Shown: piece after piece, positions 57,046 through 57,541 of the stretch
Layout of the letters: each line of letters begins with the position of its first letter
Position numbering within the stretch: the first letter of the stretch is position 1
IMG/VR virus record: IMGVR_UViG_3300025128_000038
Location: 1-57,541 of that record
Length of the DNA: 57,541 nucleotides
Reading direction: 5' to 3' (one strand)
DNA from: a virus
Lineage: Duplodnaviria > Caudoviricetes
The notes under the pieces: generated by a model
The model's input: the letters and a program-made list of their open reading frames with translations, nothing else
Database searches by the model: none
What the model was told of the DNA's origin: nothing
Program-made: the position numbers and the translations under genes

Positions 57046-57541
57046 TTAACCATTAACGACATTGTCAATGGCTAGGTTTAGTTCATTGGTGACAATACGA
57101 TTTGTATTGCCCCCTTTGATGTAGTCTTTTCTCACTAACCATTCATTAAAGTATGGGTATTGAGATTTTATTCTTGGGTTGTTAAACCATTTCAAGAATT
57201 CTCTATAATGTAGCGAGGACATTTGTAAGCTACATTGTTTTACATATTCAGATAGAGCAAATGAAAATTCCAAACATCTTAATATTCCATGTTTGGTTAC
57301 GTTGCCTCTAAATATTCTCAATTCAATATGAGTTGAATGAGCAAGATTTACGGCTACATATTTATTATAATCTCGTTGCCCTCCGTCTGTCACTTTCTTA
57401 GGTGATCGTTTAGCATAACCCTCACTCGATCTTCCACTAATTTTAGTTATAAAATTATGATTCATTTCATCATTTATGAATACTAAAATTTTACCAACTT
57501 GGGCATCTGTAAATGATCTTCTGTTAAGGTTGATATGTAGT
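57046..57541 (-). CDS. amidoligase (COOH-NH2 ligase-like), 5'-truncated by the window edge
   Basis: Frame is open to the edge (LHINLNRR...); KYVAVNL and IELRIFRG motifs; adjacent to GATase. Confidence 0.75.
   Translation of the reverse strand, partial: LHINLNRRSFTDAQVGKILVFINDEMNHNFITKISGRSSEGYAKRSPKKVTDGGQRDYNKYVAVNLAHSTHIELRIFRGNVTKHGILRCLEFSFALSEYVKQCSLQMSSLHYREFLKWFNNPRIKSQYPYFNEWLVRKDYIKGGNTNRIVTNELNLAIDNVVNG

Noticed and set aside
1-57541. Alternative genetic code
   Set aside because: Long genes are intact under the standard code, and TAA, TAG and TGA all end coupled genes

Overview
This looks like most of the genome of an AT-rich (roughly one-third GC by eye) lytic tailed dsDNA phage with podovirus-type structural genes. 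The gene content suggests a marine proteobacterial host, but that is inference. There are two arms. The + arm (1.6-37.0 kb) holds terS, basic mini-proteins, terL, portal, Hsp20, GroES, scaffold, a Mu gpT-like major capsid protein, adaptor/nozzle proteins, a repeat-rich tail fibre with S74 chaperone, ejection proteins and a 2887-aa polyvalent protein. The - arm (37.0-57.5 kb plus 1-1.0 kb) holds an amidoligase/GATase/GGCT set, tRNA-Cys, a 2OG-Fe(II) oxygenase, a PD-(D/E)XK nuclease-ATPase-SSB set, peroxiredoxin, a family A DNA polymerase split into two genes, a DUF3987 helicase-like ATPase, class II RNR and a phosphoesterase. I recognised no integrase, RNA polymerase, primase or CRISPR array; many near-consensus sigma70 promoters are present. 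The most notable unexplained signals are: (1) a GGGGGCA motif found 25 times by hand count against about 1 expected; (2) a PolA split inside its proofreading domain, with a degenerate UDG domain and His at position 762; (3) several promoter-anchored structured RNA candidates, including one divergent from terS, a cluster around tRNA-Cys, a ROSE-like hsp20 leader and a Mu-gpT-DE-like element; (4) an origin-like inverted iteron/AT-rich region, a Fur-box-like operator and a metallothionein-like peptide. All family calls come from motif recognition by eye; no database searches were run.
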